From: Candidatus Latescibacterota bacterium
GTDB lineage: Bacteria; Latescibacterota; UBA2968; GCA-2709665
Direction: 5' to 3'
DNA: 64,000 nucleotides
Assembly (NCBI GenBank): GCA_965203805.1
Contig: OZ241917.1
Span: 2,400,001 to 2,464,000 of the forward strand
The notes under the pieces are model-generated. The model worked only from the letters and a program-made list of their open reading frames with translations. It had not been told where the DNA came from and searched no databases. Positions 40,310 through 51,397 of the stretch are shown here, one piece after another (the first letter of the stretch is position 1; each line of letters starts with the position of its first letter). Position numbers and translations under genes: made by a program.

Positions 40310-43300
40310 TCATCGATAGACGATCAACCGCTCTTTCTCACGCACGCGTTTCCGGCCGTCGTCCGCGGTAACCGTATAGAGGTAGACGCCGTTGGCCAGC
40401 AGGTGCCCGCCGGCATCCCGCCCGTCCCACCGGACCTGGTTGTATCCCGCCCGCCCCGGAACGCCATCGAGGTTCCGGATCAGTCGACCGGAAATCGTAA
40501 AGATGCGGATGCTCACATCCGCCGGACGGGACAGAATGTACGTAAAGTCCGTGGCGCCGGCGGTCGGATTCGGTACGTTCAGCACGCGCTCGATCGCGAG
40601 GTCCGAAGCGACCTGGAACGCCACGGATTTTTCAGCCGGGCCATTGCCCAGCTGATCGGTCCCCGATACCGCAAGCCTGTAACGTCCGTCATCCAGTTGC
40701 GGCGACCAGGTGAATCGCAACGACGTCGGCTCCTCATTCAGGTCCGCCACCCGGTCCGAAGCCAGTCCGTCCGAGATTTCATCGCCGGGTCCCGTGAGGA
40801 GGATCCGTACCGACCCGGCGTCAATCCCGCTTGAATCCCGAAATACCACCGAGAACTCCGGCGTCGCCGGCAGAAAGTCGTCGGGCCGCACCTCACCCGC
40901 GGCGTCCAGAGCGACCAGGTCCAGCTCCGGACCCGCCCGATCGTCGCTCGGATGGACTTCAACGGCCCTCTCGGCGGTGGTCTCTCTTATATAATAGCTC
41001 CGGCCGCCGGAGAGATCCTCCAGCCTCGCCGTAACGACATTCGTGCCTGCAAATCTCGCGGTATTCCAGTCATGGGACACGGAAGCCGTTTCTCCGGCAG
41101 GAGTTCCTTCGGGAACCGACGCCCTTCCAATCAGCCGCCCGTCCTCGGGCGAGCCGCTGTAAAACGCCACCACAGCCCCCGTAACCAGATCCAGAGGGCC
41201 CATATTCCGGGCCCGGACCGTCAGCCGTACGGGATCCAGTTCATCGACCTCAAGGGGTGACGCTTCCAACCCGGACAGAACAAGGTCGGACTGCGGCCGG
41301 TACCGTACCCGCCAACCGATGAGTCCGGCGGACGGTCCCAGTTCCTCTCCGTACAGCCGGATGCGAATGCGGATGCGGTGCTCTCTCAGGTCGCCCAGGT
41401 TTATCTCGCCGTCGGACGCAAGGCCGCTCCATTCGGCAAGCGGGACGAATCCACCGGACGGCGTCGCACCCAGAATATCCACCTCCACCCGCCCGCCGCT
41501 TACCTCGCGGACATCGAGTGTCAGTCCGTGCCATGCGCCGGACGGACCGATCGGCTCCGATACCAGAGTCCCATACGGCGGCAGCGTTTTTCCCGCGTAC
41601 CGGTATACCGTCGGGCCGTTCAGCTGGCCCATCCACACCTTGTTGTTGATCCAGTCGTACTGACCGGTCAGGATGTCCGTCTCCGCCTGGTCGCTCTCGT
41701 ACTCTTCGACAAATTCGCCGCTCCGGGCATCGACCACACGAACCCTGTGGGTCAATCCGGTACCGAATTCGATCAGATACAGGTATCTTCCGTCCGCGAT
41801 CACCCCGTCTGTGACCAGATAGGCGAACCCCGTCTCTGTGGGCGCTACGGTGAATTCGCGCGCCAGCCTCCAGCCGTCCGCCGGATCGTACACGCGTACC
41901 GACCAGCCCGCGCGCTGCACGCCATCCACCGCCGCCGCGAGGTTGTAGACGTAGGTGCCGTCCGACGTGATCAGCGAATGTCCGTCGAATACGAGTCCGG
42001 TTCGAAACTCCATCAACCCGTCCGGCACCCTCACGCGATCCACGACTCCCGTCGCGGGCGCAATCCTCAGGAGTTCGCGTCCGCGACGGTTGTCGGCGTA
42101 GATAAACCCGTCGCCATGGTAGGTTGCCGAAACGCCGAGCACGGGCGTCTCCGAAAGCGCGCCGAGATTTTCTCCGCGACGGGTGCCCCGGAACCCCGTG
42201 CCGATCCGCTCGAAAACATCGGTCCCCGGATAGTCCGTCGTCGGGGAAAAGAACCGGTTCACGTAAAGGTAGGTGCCATCCGTACACAACACACCGGCGC
42301 CCCGGACGCCCTCGGCCGCAAACGCCTCTTCGCGCGTGTCCGCGTTCAGCCGCAATGGGGGCGGGCGGACCACCCGCGAAATGGCGCCATCCGACAGCCG
42401 AACGTCTGTTCCGGCAGCCCACCTGAGGGCACCGGCGGCGTCCTGTTGCCAGAGGATCTCTCGCGCGGGCGCGGCGACCATAGCGTTGAAGTCCATGGTG
42501 GCGGACCAGGCCCCGAATTCCTCACCCTCTCGCACTCGAGTCCGCCAGAAGTAATTGCCCGGAGCCAGTTCCGGCGCCGCCCACAACACGAGCCCCGCAC
42601 GCCCCGTAACGGACCCGGAACGAACCACGCCCGGTCCGTCGAACGCCGGCGAACCGCTCACCTCGAATTCTCCGTGCACTTCCCGCGCAGCGGTTCCCGC
42701 CCGAACGGCCAACCGCACCCCCGAAGCGGGTACCACCTGGCTCTGCCTTGGCATCGTGGGAACGGCCGACAGACTTCCGACCACCTCCAACTCGACTTCC
42801 ACGTGGTTGTTGGCTTCATCCAGCTCCGGAATCTCATCGTCCGGATCCACCGTGAGCGCCAGCGCGTGTCTCCCGGCGCGGCCTGCCAGCCGCCACATCA
42901 CCGCGGTGCTGTCCGTCTGGCCAAAGGCGGGGAAAACGCCCGCAAACAGCGTATCTGCCTCTCCCCGATCCAAATTGCGATCCACCAGCACAACCGCGGG
43001 CCCCGCGCGAGGCGCGATCCCGATATTCTCTATCCGGATCGCGATCCGAACCGAATCATCCACTGTCAACTGTGCGGCCCGCTCGACGTTCAGGCTTCCG
43101 GAATCCAGCAGGAAGTCCGGTTCGGGCAATATGGCAATCTCCTGCGCCGGGTCTCCAATCAACTGTATGCCCAGGGTAAGTGTTCTCAGTTCCGGGAACC
43201 GCGTATCCAGCGCCGCCTTGGCCACCGCCAGACCGGCGCCGAAGCTCCGCACGCCGTCTCTGAAGAATGACGCAAACAGGCGGTCGTTCAGGAAGTCGTT

Positions 43301-46102
43301 CGTGATGACGCCGGCAAGCGCTGACGCCGAGATGTACGCGATCGCGCCGCCATCCGCCTTCCTGGTCATTTCCGCGGCAAGGCACGTGAATCTCGGATCC
43401 GAAAACTGCCCGTTCAGACAGGACAGAGCCACCACAATCGGCAATCGATCCGCATTGACGATCTTCCGCATATAGTTGTAGCTCTCTCGCTGAAAACTTC
43501 CTCTCAGGAACCGCGCCATTCCCGATACGCTTCCGTGTCCCAGAAAGTTCACCAGCAGCCGGCCTTCGTTGATCTGCCGGATCACCTCGCCGGTATCTTC
43601 ATTGGGTTCCGGCCCCACATCCTCATCGTTGTAGACCTTATAGGATTCGAGACCCAGCGGCGCGGCGTAGTTCGCCGCCAACCGGTCGCTGGGGGCCGTG
43701 AAGATCGACAACGGATCGTAGTTGGCCATAAACAGCACCCGGTCCCGCCAACGTTCATTCGGCGCCTGATCATATGATTCGATTTTCCTGACCAGGGCGG
43801 CGGCCTCGCGGCGAGTGACCATCGAAAGCCGACCCACGAAAACATCCTGGAACAGGTCGTCCTCGGGGCCCGCTACGGCGCCGAAAAAATGGTCCGAATA
43901 CGCAAGTCCCCTCCTCACGGACTGGAAGGGAAGCGAGGGAACCCGAGACATATCCACGTGCCGTTCAATGGCGGATTCGTCAAAGTTGCGCCGATAGTCG
44001 AAGCTGTCCGGACCGAATAGAAGGAGATAGGTCGGTCGCCGCGTCCAGTTCTCCCAGGCGTGCCGCATGAATCGACGGATCGCCTGAGGTTCGAACTGTC
44101 CGAAGGAGAACGCATCGTAAATCTCCGTGACGTCCGCGATCTGCACACGCAGCCCCTGTGCGCGACGGTGATCGGCCAGGCGCTCCGCCGCCTCGCGAAA
44201 CCGAGAGTGAGTGACGATCACATAGTCGGCCCCGTCGTTTCCGAACGCCGGCACTTTGGCCGCTTCGCCGGCCGGCGCCCGCCGGATGGCCTCCGAATCC
44301 ATCGCAACAAAACGTCCGGTTACGGCCGGCAGGTCGAATCGGGCTTGAAATCCCGTCTCCGACGGCGTCACCTGAATATCCAGGATCTTCCGCGCCCCCG
44401 CGACGTCGTAGACGGAAACGTCGGACGTTCGAAAACCCGCGATCGAGAAAGTCCGGCCCTCGTCGGTTTCATCCGGCACGAATTCCAGTCTGCCCTCCAC
44501 GCATTCAAACCGCCGGGAATATGCGACCTGTACCCAGTTGAGAAACACGTGCTCGATATAGTCCGCGGGGAAATCCCGGGCGCCCGGGGTCGCCAGGGTC
44601 ACCCGGCTCGTATCCCCCAGTTCCGATACCGGCACCGACCCTTCCGCGACGAACGCGCGTTTCCCGTCCCACCGGTCGTCAGCCACGATCGTGCCGTTCG
44701 AAAGCCGCACAACCGTGCGGTGATCGGGTTCGAAGCGTCGTCTGAATGTCAGTGCGTGCATTCCCACCCGAATGCGGGCGGTCGCCCCTTCGGTGCGGTC
44801 CAGCCCCGGAAGGGGCACGGGCGCCGTCACGGGTAACTCGCTCACGTTCTGAAGACTCGTACCCGGCCGTCCCGGCGAACCGGTCCGCCCCCAGTACCAG
44901 TGGTCCCGATTTACGTCGGGGGCATCACCCAGCGGATCATAGAGAGAATCGACTTCGGCATGCACCCGATGGGTGAATCGAAGGACTTCGGGAAATCCAT
45001 TTTTCGGCGAACCGTCCACGGACTTGAATCGCCGGCCGGGTCGGCCGTCCAGCGTCAGCCAATAGACCTGTTCGCGTCCGAGTTCATGCTCGAAGTCCCG
45101 ATCCGGTGCGCGGCGATACGTTCCGTGGAAAATCGCGCCCTCGCCCTCGCGCAACACACCATCTCCATCGTCCTGAACGTCTACGGGCACCTCCTGACCG
45201 TTCAGAAGAACCTTCAACCGCTCAAGATCGCCCGCCTGAAGCGCGATGCCCGCATCGCTGAACCAGTTTGCGTCCAGCCGGTACAGACCGTCATTCCGCA
45301 CCCGGATCTTGTAGTAGGCGGCCGCCGGATCCAGGCCCTCCGCGACCCGGAGCTTTCGCAGGCCGTCAGGTTGTTCGGCCCGGCCCCTCCAGGGCCGGGC
45401 CTGCTCCGCATTCAACAGCGCATTCTCGTAGAATTCCTCGAAGCCGCCGCCCGTGCCTTCGTCTGAAGCCCGAACCCTGATGGAACGTTCATCACCCACG
45501 AATCGTACGCGCACCCGCAGCCTTCTTGCGATCCGCAGTTGTTGTCGCGCCGGGTTGTACTGGATTGGCCTTAAGGAGATTCCTGCGACCCGCTGATCCC
45601 TCAGGACGCCGATGCGGGTAACCACGGCCGATGCGGCCGGATAGAGTCCGTCACGGGCGTAGAATTCGGCATCCGGCTCGTAAATCTCCACGTCCGTCCC
45701 GTAAGTCCCCCGGCCCGCCGGCCTGGAACGCGGCACCGGCGCCACCAGCACGCCGGAAATCACATCGAACTCCGCTTCCACGACCGTTACCACGACGCGC
45801 GTGCCGAATGGTATTCCCAGAAGCGTGCCCCGTACGGGCACCGCCGGACGCCCGGTTTCGGGCATCCACATGCCTCCGGGTAACTGAACCCGGGTGTAGG
45901 TTGCGCCTTCAAGCTGGACCTCGTGAAGCTGATAGTCGGACCCGTCGACTTCAATCTCCACACCGTCGTCACCCGTCCGCACGAGCCGGGGCTGGCCGCT
46001 GTACGCATGAGGCGCCACGTCAGAAATCATCAGCATCAGTGAGCAAACCGAACAGACCTGAAGGAAACGCGCAGCCATACCCCTTACCTTCGCTCGTTTC
46101 AT
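40310..46102 (-). CDS. C25 (gingipain/PorU-like) cysteine peptidase with CARDB and T9SS C-terminal domain
   Basis: Propeptide; ADYVIVTH, VGRL, NFLGHGS and SCLNGQF (His-Cys dyad); DEANN CARDB; NVPNP...GVYLY tail. Confidence 0.88.
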   Translation of the reverse strand: MKRAKVRGMAARFLQVCSVCSLMLMISDVAPHAYSGQPRLVRTGDDGVEIEVDGSDYQLHEVQLEGATYTRVQLPGGMWMPETGRPAVPVRGTLLGIPFGTRVVVTVVEAEFDVISGVLVAPVPRSRPAGRGTYGTDVEIYEPDAEFYARDGLYPAASAVVTRIGVLRDQRVAGISLRPIQYNPARQQLRIARRLRVRVRFVGDERSIRVRASDEGTGGGFEEFYENALLNAEQARPWRGRAEQPDGLRKLRVAEGLDPAAAYYKIRVRNDGLYRLDANWFSDAGIALQAGDLERLKVLLNGQEVPVDVQDDGDGVLREGEGAIFHGTYRRAPDRDFEHELGREQVYWLTLDGRPGRRFKSVDGSPKNGFPEVLRFTHRVHAEVDSLYDPLGDAPDVNRDHWYWGRTGSPGRPGTSLQNVSELPVTAPVPLPGLDRTEGATARIRVGMHALTFRRRFEPDHRTVVRLSNGTIVADDRWDGKRAFVAEGSVPVSELGDTSRVTLATPGARDFPADYIEHVFLNWVQVAYSRRFECVEGRLEFVPDETDEGRTFSIAGFRTSDVSVYDVAGARKILDIQVTPSETGFQARFDLPAVTGRFVAMDSEAIRRAPAGEAAKVPAFGNDGADYVIVTHSRFREAAERLADHRRAQGLRVQIADVTEIYDAFSFGQFEPQAIRRFMRHAWENWTRRPTYLLLFGPDSFDYRRNFDESAIERHVDMSRVPSLPFQSVRRGLAYSDHFFGAVAGPEDDLFQDVFVGRLSMVTRREAAALVRKIESYDQAPNERWRDRVLFMANYDPLSIFTAPSDRLAANYAAPLGLESYKVYNDEDVGPEPNEDTGEVIRQINEGRLLVNFLGHGSVSGMARFLRGSFQRESYNYMRKIVNADRLPIVVALSCLNGQFSDPRFTCLAAEMTRKADGGAIAYISASALAGVITNDFLNDRLFASFFRDGVRSFGAGLAVAKAALDTRFPELRTLTLGIQLIGDPAQEIAILPEPDFLLDSGSLNVERAAQLTVDDSVRIAIRIENIGIAPRAGPAVVLVDRNLDRGEADTLFAGVFPAFGQTDSTAVMWRLAGRAGRHALALTVDPDDEIPELDEANNHVEVELEVVGSLSAVPTMPRQSQVVPASGVRLAVRAGTAAREVHGEFEVSGSPAFDGPGVVRSGSVTGRAGLVLWAAPELAPGNYFWRTRVREGEEFGAWSATMDFNAMVAAPAREILWQQDAAGALRWAAGTDVRLSDGAISRVVRPPPLRLNADTREEAFAAEGVRGAGVLCTDGTYLYVNRFFSPTTDYPGTDVFERIGTGFRGTRRGENLGALSETPVLGVSATYHGDGFIYADNRRGRELLRIAPATGVVDRVRVPDGLMEFRTGLVFDGHSLITSDGTYVYNLAAAVDGVQRAGWSVRVYDPADGWRLAREFTVAPTETGFAYLVTDGVIADGRYLYLIEFGTGLTHRVRVVDARSGEFVEEYESDQAETDILTGQYDWINNKVWMGQLNGPTVYRYAGKTLPPYGTLVSEPIGPSGAWHGLTLDVREVSGGRVEVDILGATPSGGFVPLAEWSGLASDGEINLGDLREHRIRIRIRLYGEELGPSAGLIGWRVRYRPQSDLVLSGLEASPLEVDELDPVRLTVRARNMGPLDLVTGAVVAFYSGSPEDGRLIGRASVPEGTPAGETASVSHDWNTARFAGTNVVTARLEDLSGGRSYYIRETTAERAVEVHPSDDRAGPELDLVALDAAGEVRPDDFLPATPEFSVVFRDSSGIDAGSVRILLTGPGDEISDGLASDRVADLNEEPTSLRFTWSPQLDDGRYRLAVSGTDQLGNGPAEKSVAFQVASDLAIERVLNVPNPTAGATDFTYILSRPADVSIRIFTISGRLIRNLDGVPGRAGYNQVRWDGRDAGGHLLANGVYLYTVTADDGRKRVREKERLIVYR

Positions 46103-47736
46103 GGCTTCAACTCCCGGACCCCGGTCCCGTCGAAAACCGCCACACGGCTTCCGCGCAGGGGATTGAGTACGACCTCAGCCCGCGTGGGACCGTGAATCCG
46201 GACTTCCCCCCACGTCCTCGTCGCGGCCCCCGGACGCAACCGCTTGCCGTCTGCGCCATAGAACGTCGTGGCATCCTTCTGCCCGTGTACAGACAGATAA
46301 CCGCCATTACTGATATCAATCCCCCAGCGCATCGGACCCAGCCGCTTGACGTTGCTCGTGAATCCGCCGGGATCCGTAAGCCAGCAATGATTGACCGCAA
46401 CCGCCGTTGACGCCTCCCCCACGCGCACCGCCAGTGCATTGCTCAGCCCAAAGGCGTACAACGGTATGTCTCCCAGACTGCCCGGCAGGCTAAGCGCGGA
46501 AGGCACGTTAAAGACATAAAGTGTTCCATCGCTTACTCTCGCTAGCCGCGCCAGCGAATCCAGGACGTTTTCACTCAGGACCGAAGCCTCCCGCCAGAAA
46601 AACCCCTCACGGGCAAGCACCACGCCATAATAGCTGAATACCGTTGCCATCAGGAGGCTTCTGCACCAAACGACCAGCGTACGTTTCGGCCGCCGTGCCG
46701 TCCAGACATTCGCAACCGCAATGCAGAAGAAAACGGAAGGCAGATAAAGGTACCATCGGTGTACCCTTCCCAGAACCGGAACCAGGCTGATCACGGTCAT
46801 TCCACCCAGATACATCGTGTCCCGCAGCACTTCCCGCGGGCGGCCCGAAAAACAGAAGAAGACGCCGGTCGCGGCCAACAGAACGACCCCGAAGAGCGGA
46901 TCATCCGTCATCCCCAGCTTCGCCCCGGATTTGAGAACGTCCAGTCCTATCCCCGCCGCCGTCAGATCCCGATCCGGTATTCCCGTGAATACCCCGCCGA
47001 GCACGATCCGGCGGACGCACAGGTAGATGCCAACGGTCCCGACACTGCACGCCAGTGCACGCCGGGCCGCCGCCGTCCGAAACGTCCCGCAGTAAATGAA
47101 GAGGATGAAAAGCACGCCGGGCAGCGTCAGCGCCATCTCCTTCGAAAACAGCGCCAGCATGGCGCACAGGCTCGCGGCCGCCAGCATTCCCGCGGTCGGA
47201 CGGCGCTGGTACGCCAGAAACAGGAGCAGCGCGGACAGATAGAACGTCGCACAGACGGAGTCCGTGCGGCCCACGATCCAGAAAATGGTGTCCGTGTGGA
47301 CGGGCAGCACCAGAAAGAGAAGGCATGCCGACCAGGCGCCCGATGCCCGGTTCAGCAGCCGCCTTGCCAGCAGATAGACCAGAATGCCGCAGAGACAGTG
47401 AAGCAGGACGTTGCCGATATGATAGAGCAGAGGTTCATATGCCACGAACAGGTAGGTGACGTAAAACGTCAGGGTGACTACCGGACGATAGTAGCCCCCG
47501 GCGCCCGCGAGGCCGGTCCAACTGGTGGTCAGGACGGATGGTATTCCCTCCGCGCACAGACGGATGTGACCCCAGTCATCGTCGAGCAATGACACACCCG
47601 AAGAAAGCCAGGCAAGCAGTACGACGACAATCCCGAACACCAGACATCCCGCGAAGGCCCAGCCGATGGAACCGTGGTCCCGCAAGGCGACTCCAAAATA
47701 AAAAAACCGGCGTACGGCCGGCCCCGTCCCTGCCAT
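46099..47736 (-). CDS. Membrane GT-C-like protein (TMTC/GT39-like)
   Basis: DDWGH, YYRPV, YHIGNVLLH, PVHTDTIFWIVGR, SKE and RWYLYLP motifs. Confidence 0.75.
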   Translation of the reverse strand: MAGTGPAVRRFFYFGVALRDHGSIGWAFAGCLVFGIVVVLLAWLSSGVSLLDDDWGHIRLCAEGIPSVLTTSWTGLAGAGGYYRPVVTLTFYVTYLFVAYEPLLYHIGNVLLHCLCGILVYLLARRLLNRASGAWSACLLFLVLPVHTDTIFWIVGRTDSVCATFYLSALLLFLAYQRRPTAGMLAAASLCAMLALFSKEMALTLPGVLFILFIYCGTFRTAAARRALACSVGTVGIYLCVRRIVLGGVFTGIPDRDLTAAGIGLDVLKSGAKLGMTDDPLFGVVLLAATGVFFCFSGRPREVLRDTMYLGGMTVISLVPVLGRVHRWYLYLPSVFFCIAVANVWTARRPKRTLVVWCRSLLMATVFSYYGVVLAREGFFWREASVLSENVLDSLARLARVSDGTLYVFNVPSALSLPGSLGDIPLYAFGLSNALAVRVGEASTAVAVNHCWLTDPGGFTSNVKRLGPMRWGIDISNGGYLSVHGQKDATTFYGADGKRLRPGAATRTWGEVRIHGPTRAEVVLNPLRGSRVAVFDGTGVRELKP

Positions 47737-47841
47737 CGAGAGGGTTCGGACGGTCCAACGCCAGTTGATTGATTCTAATGATGCCGGTTCGCGAATCGTG
47801 CGCCGCCCAGGCTGCTCCGACCGCCGCCGTGATCAATGTAG

Positions 47842-48816
47842 CTACGACTCGAAATACTCGATAATGCGGCGCAGGGTGTTGTCGAGGCTCATCTTCGGCT
47901 CGTAGCTCACGAACGACCGGATTTTGGACAGATCCGGCACCCGATAGTTCAGGTCTTCATACGACCCCTTGGCAAATGCCTTGTCGTATGGCACGAATTC
48001 GATGGGCGCGTCGCTCTCCGTCAGCGTCTTGACTTTGTGCGCCAAATTGACAATGCTCGTTTCGTTGGTCTCGACATTCCCGCCCAGATTGAAGATCTCA
48101 CCCGGCGTGTCGGGATGTTCTGCCAGCGCGACCAGGCCGTCGAGGGCATCTTCGATATCGGTAAAACAGCGCCGTTGTTCCCCGTCGCCGTACACCGTGA
48201 TCGGGTGCCCCAGGAGCGCCTGCTTGACCATACGCGGCACGACCATACCGTAGTCGCCGGTCTGTCTGGGACCAATGACGTTGAAGAACCGTACGATGAG
48301 CATGGGCAGCTTCTTCTCCCGCCAGTAGGACAGACCCAACATTTCGTCCACCGCTTTTGTCGTGGAATAGATCCATCGGTCGACGGTGATGGGTCCGAGC
48401 AGCCGATCGTCGTTTTCCTGGAAAGAAACCTTGCCGTTCTTCTTGCCGTACACTTCGGACGTGGACGCGAGCATGACGCGCTTCTTGTCTTTATTGGCCA
48501 GTTCCAGCACAATTTCGGTGCCTCGGATATTGGTGGTCAGGGAATGCAGCGGATTGTCGATGATGTAATTTACACCCACCGCCGCGGCCAGGTGATAGAT
48601 CATATCGCACCATTCCACCAGTGGACGCAGCGTTTGCCCTTCCAGTATCGTGCCAACCTTCATCTTGAATCGCGCGTTGGACTCCAGATGGTGGATATTG
48701 TTGTAGTCTCCGGTGGAAAGATCGTCGAGTACGGAAACTTCGTCGCCGCGCATTAAATGCCGTTCCGCCAGATGTGAACCAATAAACCCCGCCCCGCCGG
48801 TAATCAACACCTTCAT
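47842..48816 (-). CDS. NAD-dependent nucleotide-sugar epimerase/dehydratase
   Basis: TGGAGFIGS, STSEVYG, YSTTK and RFFNVIGPRQ motifs. Confidence 0.93.
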   Translation of the reverse strand: MKVLITGGAGFIGSHLAERHLMRGDEVSVLDDLSTGDYNNIHHLESNARFKMKVGTILEGQTLRPLVEWCDMIYHLAAAVGVNYIIDNPLHSLTTNIRGTEIVLELANKDKKRVMLASTSEVYGKKNGKVSFQENDDRLLGPITVDRWIYSTTKAVDEMLGLSYWREKKLPMLIVRFFNVIGPRQTGDYGMVVPRMVKQALLGHPITVYGDGEQRRCFTDIEDALDGLVALAEHPDTPGEIFNLGGNVETNETSIVNLAHKVKTLTESDAPIEFVPYDKAFAKGSYEDLNYRVPDLSKIRSFVSYEPKMSLDNTLRRIIEYFES

Positions 48817-50036
48817 GCGTACGTCCCTTCCCAGCAGTCGCCCGGTGAACCGCCCCCGGCCCGCTTGTTTTCGGATAGCTTACGATAGAGGCGGCTGAAA
48901 TCCTCCGCCAATCTTGTCAACCCGTACGATTCAACAATTTTACGCCGATCACCAACGGAAATCTCCCGCCGCTCCCGTAACGCCCGCTGAATTCCCGCGG
49001 CAAGCCCCGCAGAGTCACCGGGCGCAAACATCAGGCCGATCCGTTCGCTCCGAATCAGATCGGGCACGCCTCCTACGCGAGACGCAACCACGTAACATCC
49101 GGTTGCAACGGCCTCCAGCAACGCAACCGGCAACCCCTCGTGGTGTGACGACAGCACCGACAAATCGAGTGCGCCGTAGATTCGCGCCGTATCATTCCGG
49201 AAGCCGGTAAACCGTACCCGGTCTTCGAGCTTTCGTGCACGCGCGATGGATTCAAGTTCGGTCCGCAGTTCCCCGTCGCCAACGACGACAAAACGAACGT
49301 CCGGCAATGTCTCGGCCACCTGTTCGGCGGCAGCGAGAAAAATGTCCACGCCCTTGATTGGCACCAGCCGCGACACGATGCCGACAAGCCGCACTGAAGG
49401 GCCGAACCCCAGTTCGTCGCGAAGACCCGAGTCGCCCCGCCTCCGGCTCAGATACGGATCCAGATCCACGCCCAGCCGAACCGTTCGAATGCGGGAGGGC
49501 GCCGCGATACGATCCGCCAGCAACTCATCGCGCTGCCGTTCCGAAACGGCAACAAGGACATCGGTCCGGCGGGCAAGGAGCCGCTCAACAAGCACGATCA
49601 GGTAGGACTTCCAGGCAGAAAAATAACCCTTGAAGACCAGCCCGTGAAACGTATGCAGCGTTACCGGCACGCCGGCCAGCCAAGCCGCGACACGACCAAG
49701 CACACCGGCTTTCGACTTGTGGGTGTGGACAATTCCCGGACGAACACGTCTCAATAGCCGGTATAACGCAACGAACACCTTGAGATCACGAAACGGAATG
49801 ATCGCCCGGCTGAGTCCATGCACTTCCACGGGCCGGATTCCCGACCGGCGGATAACGTCGTCCATTTCGGCTTCGCCAGCCGCCACCTGGCCCTTGACCA
49901 CCAGCGAGCGACATCCCCGCGATTCAAGCGCTTTAGTCAGAAAGAGCAGATAGGGCGTTGGCCCGCCAACGTTCAAACGATCGATGATCTGGATCAGATG
50001 AATCGGCGTTTGCGCGTCTGAAGGTTCCGCAGGCAA
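48813..50036 (-). CDS. GT4 glycosyltransferase
   Basis: RLNVGGP, HTHKSKAG and EGLPVALLEA motifs. Confidence 0.92.
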   Translation of the reverse strand: MPAEPSDAQTPIHLIQIIDRLNVGGPTPYLLFLTKALESRGCRSLVVKGQVAAGEAEMDDVIRRSGIRPVEVHGLSRAIIPFRDLKVFVALYRLLRRVRPGIVHTHKSKAGVLGRVAAWLAGVPVTLHTFHGLVFKGYFSAWKSYLIVLVERLLARRTDVLVAVSERQRDELLADRIAAPSRIRTVRLGVDLDPYLSRRRGDSGLRDELGFGPSVRLVGIVSRLVPIKGVDIFLAAAEQVAETLPDVRFVVVGDGELRTELESIARARKLEDRVRFTGFRNDTARIYGALDLSVLSSHHEGLPVALLEAVATGCYVVASRVGGVPDLIRSERIGLMFAPGDSAGLAAGIQRALRERREISVGDRRKIVESYGLTRLAEDFSRLYRKLSENKRAGGGSPGDCWEGTYA

Positions 50037-50230
50037 ACCGACTCCGCAGGTGGAATCTCCACGATGGGGTCGAAAAAAAGGACTTCGACATCGGGGTCAG
50101 CGTCTCAAATATAAACACACGGGGATAAACCGGCAATGCAAAAGTTATTCATTAAATATAAGTGAATCGTATAGAAGTGGGTGCGTCGTCTGTGGAATCT
50201 TTCGGTCGAACCACGATCGGCAAGGCACGC

Positions 50231-51319
50231 TCAGGCCTCTGGCCCGGCTACCGAACGCAGGATCCGCAACATCCTCCGGCTGCTGAGTTGCAGCGAATAA
50301 CGGGCTTCCATTCTTGCGCGTCCGGCCCGGCCCATCCGAACCCGAAGCGCCCGGTCGCGGATCAGCCGGTCGAGACAGGAAACCCACTCGTCGTGAGAAC
50401 TTGCGCAGAAACCGTTAACGCCGTCTTCCACGATTTCGGTGTTTATGCCCACAGGGCTGCTCACCGCCGGAATTCCAATTGAGAGGTATTGCAGAAGTTT
50501 GTACCCACCCTTTCCCCGCGTCCACGGATCGTCGGGCAATGGCATCAGGCCGATATCGAACCCTCGCAGGTCCTGAACCTCCGTCTCCAGAGACCACGGG
50601 CGCCATTCCGTCGGCACGGCATCCGTTTCAAAACCGCCCTCGCCGATCAGACAAAGCCGGATATGGCGATGCCGTCCGCCCAACTCTGCAAGCGGCTCGC
50701 GGATCAATTCGAGATACGGTGAGGACGTGTAGCTGCCGATCCAGCCGAGAACCACGCAATCGGCTTCCTTGACCGCGCTCCCGGGGGAATACCTCTCCGT
50801 GTCGATCGGTCCCGTAATAATCGACACCTCCGGGCAGAACCGTTCGGCATACGAAGCTGTGTAGGTGTTTTCGACGATGACCCTGGATGACGCCCGGAGC
50901 ATCTCTGCCAGCCCACGGGAATGGTGCCAGGTTCTGAGCCGTGCCATCCAGTCTTCTTCGGGCGCCTCGGTGGTAAAGATCGCGTCGTCGAAATCGAAGA
51001 TGACCTTCCGCGAAAACAGCCGGAGGAGCCTGGCGACGGGCGCGCTGAAAAAAGCCCTCTGCACAAACACCACGTGGTACCGTCGCGCAAGCCTGAGGGT
51101 TCGCACCCCCACTCTGAACGAGCGCCACCACACCCAGGCATAGTGGATCAGACGCCCGAACCCTCTCCTTGCGTACGTCCACGCGGATATCCGATCCGGC
51201 AATACAACCGCCACGTCGGCCTGCACACCATTGGCTTTCAGAAAGGGGAGATAGTCGAACACGCGTGTGCGGCTGGCGGCAAACCGGGGCCCGGTGAGCG
51301 TAACGAAAATAACCTTCAA
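50231..51319 (-). CDS. GT4 glycosyltransferase
   Basis: DFDDAIF, GWIGS and DIGLMPL...GKGGYKLLQY motifs. Confidence 0.9.
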   Translation of the reverse strand: MKVIFVTLTGPRFAASRTRVFDYLPFLKANGVQADVAVVLPDRISAWTYARRGFGRLIHYAWVWWRSFRVGVRTLRLARRYHVVFVQRAFFSAPVARLLRLFSRKVIFDFDDAIFTTEAPEEDWMARLRTWHHSRGLAEMLRASSRVIVENTYTASYAERFCPEVSIITGPIDTERYSPGSAVKEADCVVLGWIGSYTSSPYLELIREPLAELGGRHRHIRLCLIGEGGFETDAVPTEWRPWSLETEVQDLRGFDIGLMPLPDDPWTRGKGGYKLLQYLSIGIPAVSSPVGINTEIVEDGVNGFCASSHDEWVSCLDRLIRDRALRVRMGRAGRARMEARYSLQLSSRRMLRILRSVAGPEA

Positions 51320-51397
51320 GGCGGGAAGGCTCCATCAATATAAACACGGAATTCCGGCGAATCAATGGAAAACGGCGCATTTTCGGGGAACCGGCAG

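Noticed and set aside
41378-43270. Long antisense ORFs (also 56659-58503, 26968-28245, 29006-30328)
   Set aside because: Shadow ORFs opposite well-supported genes in GC-rich DNA.
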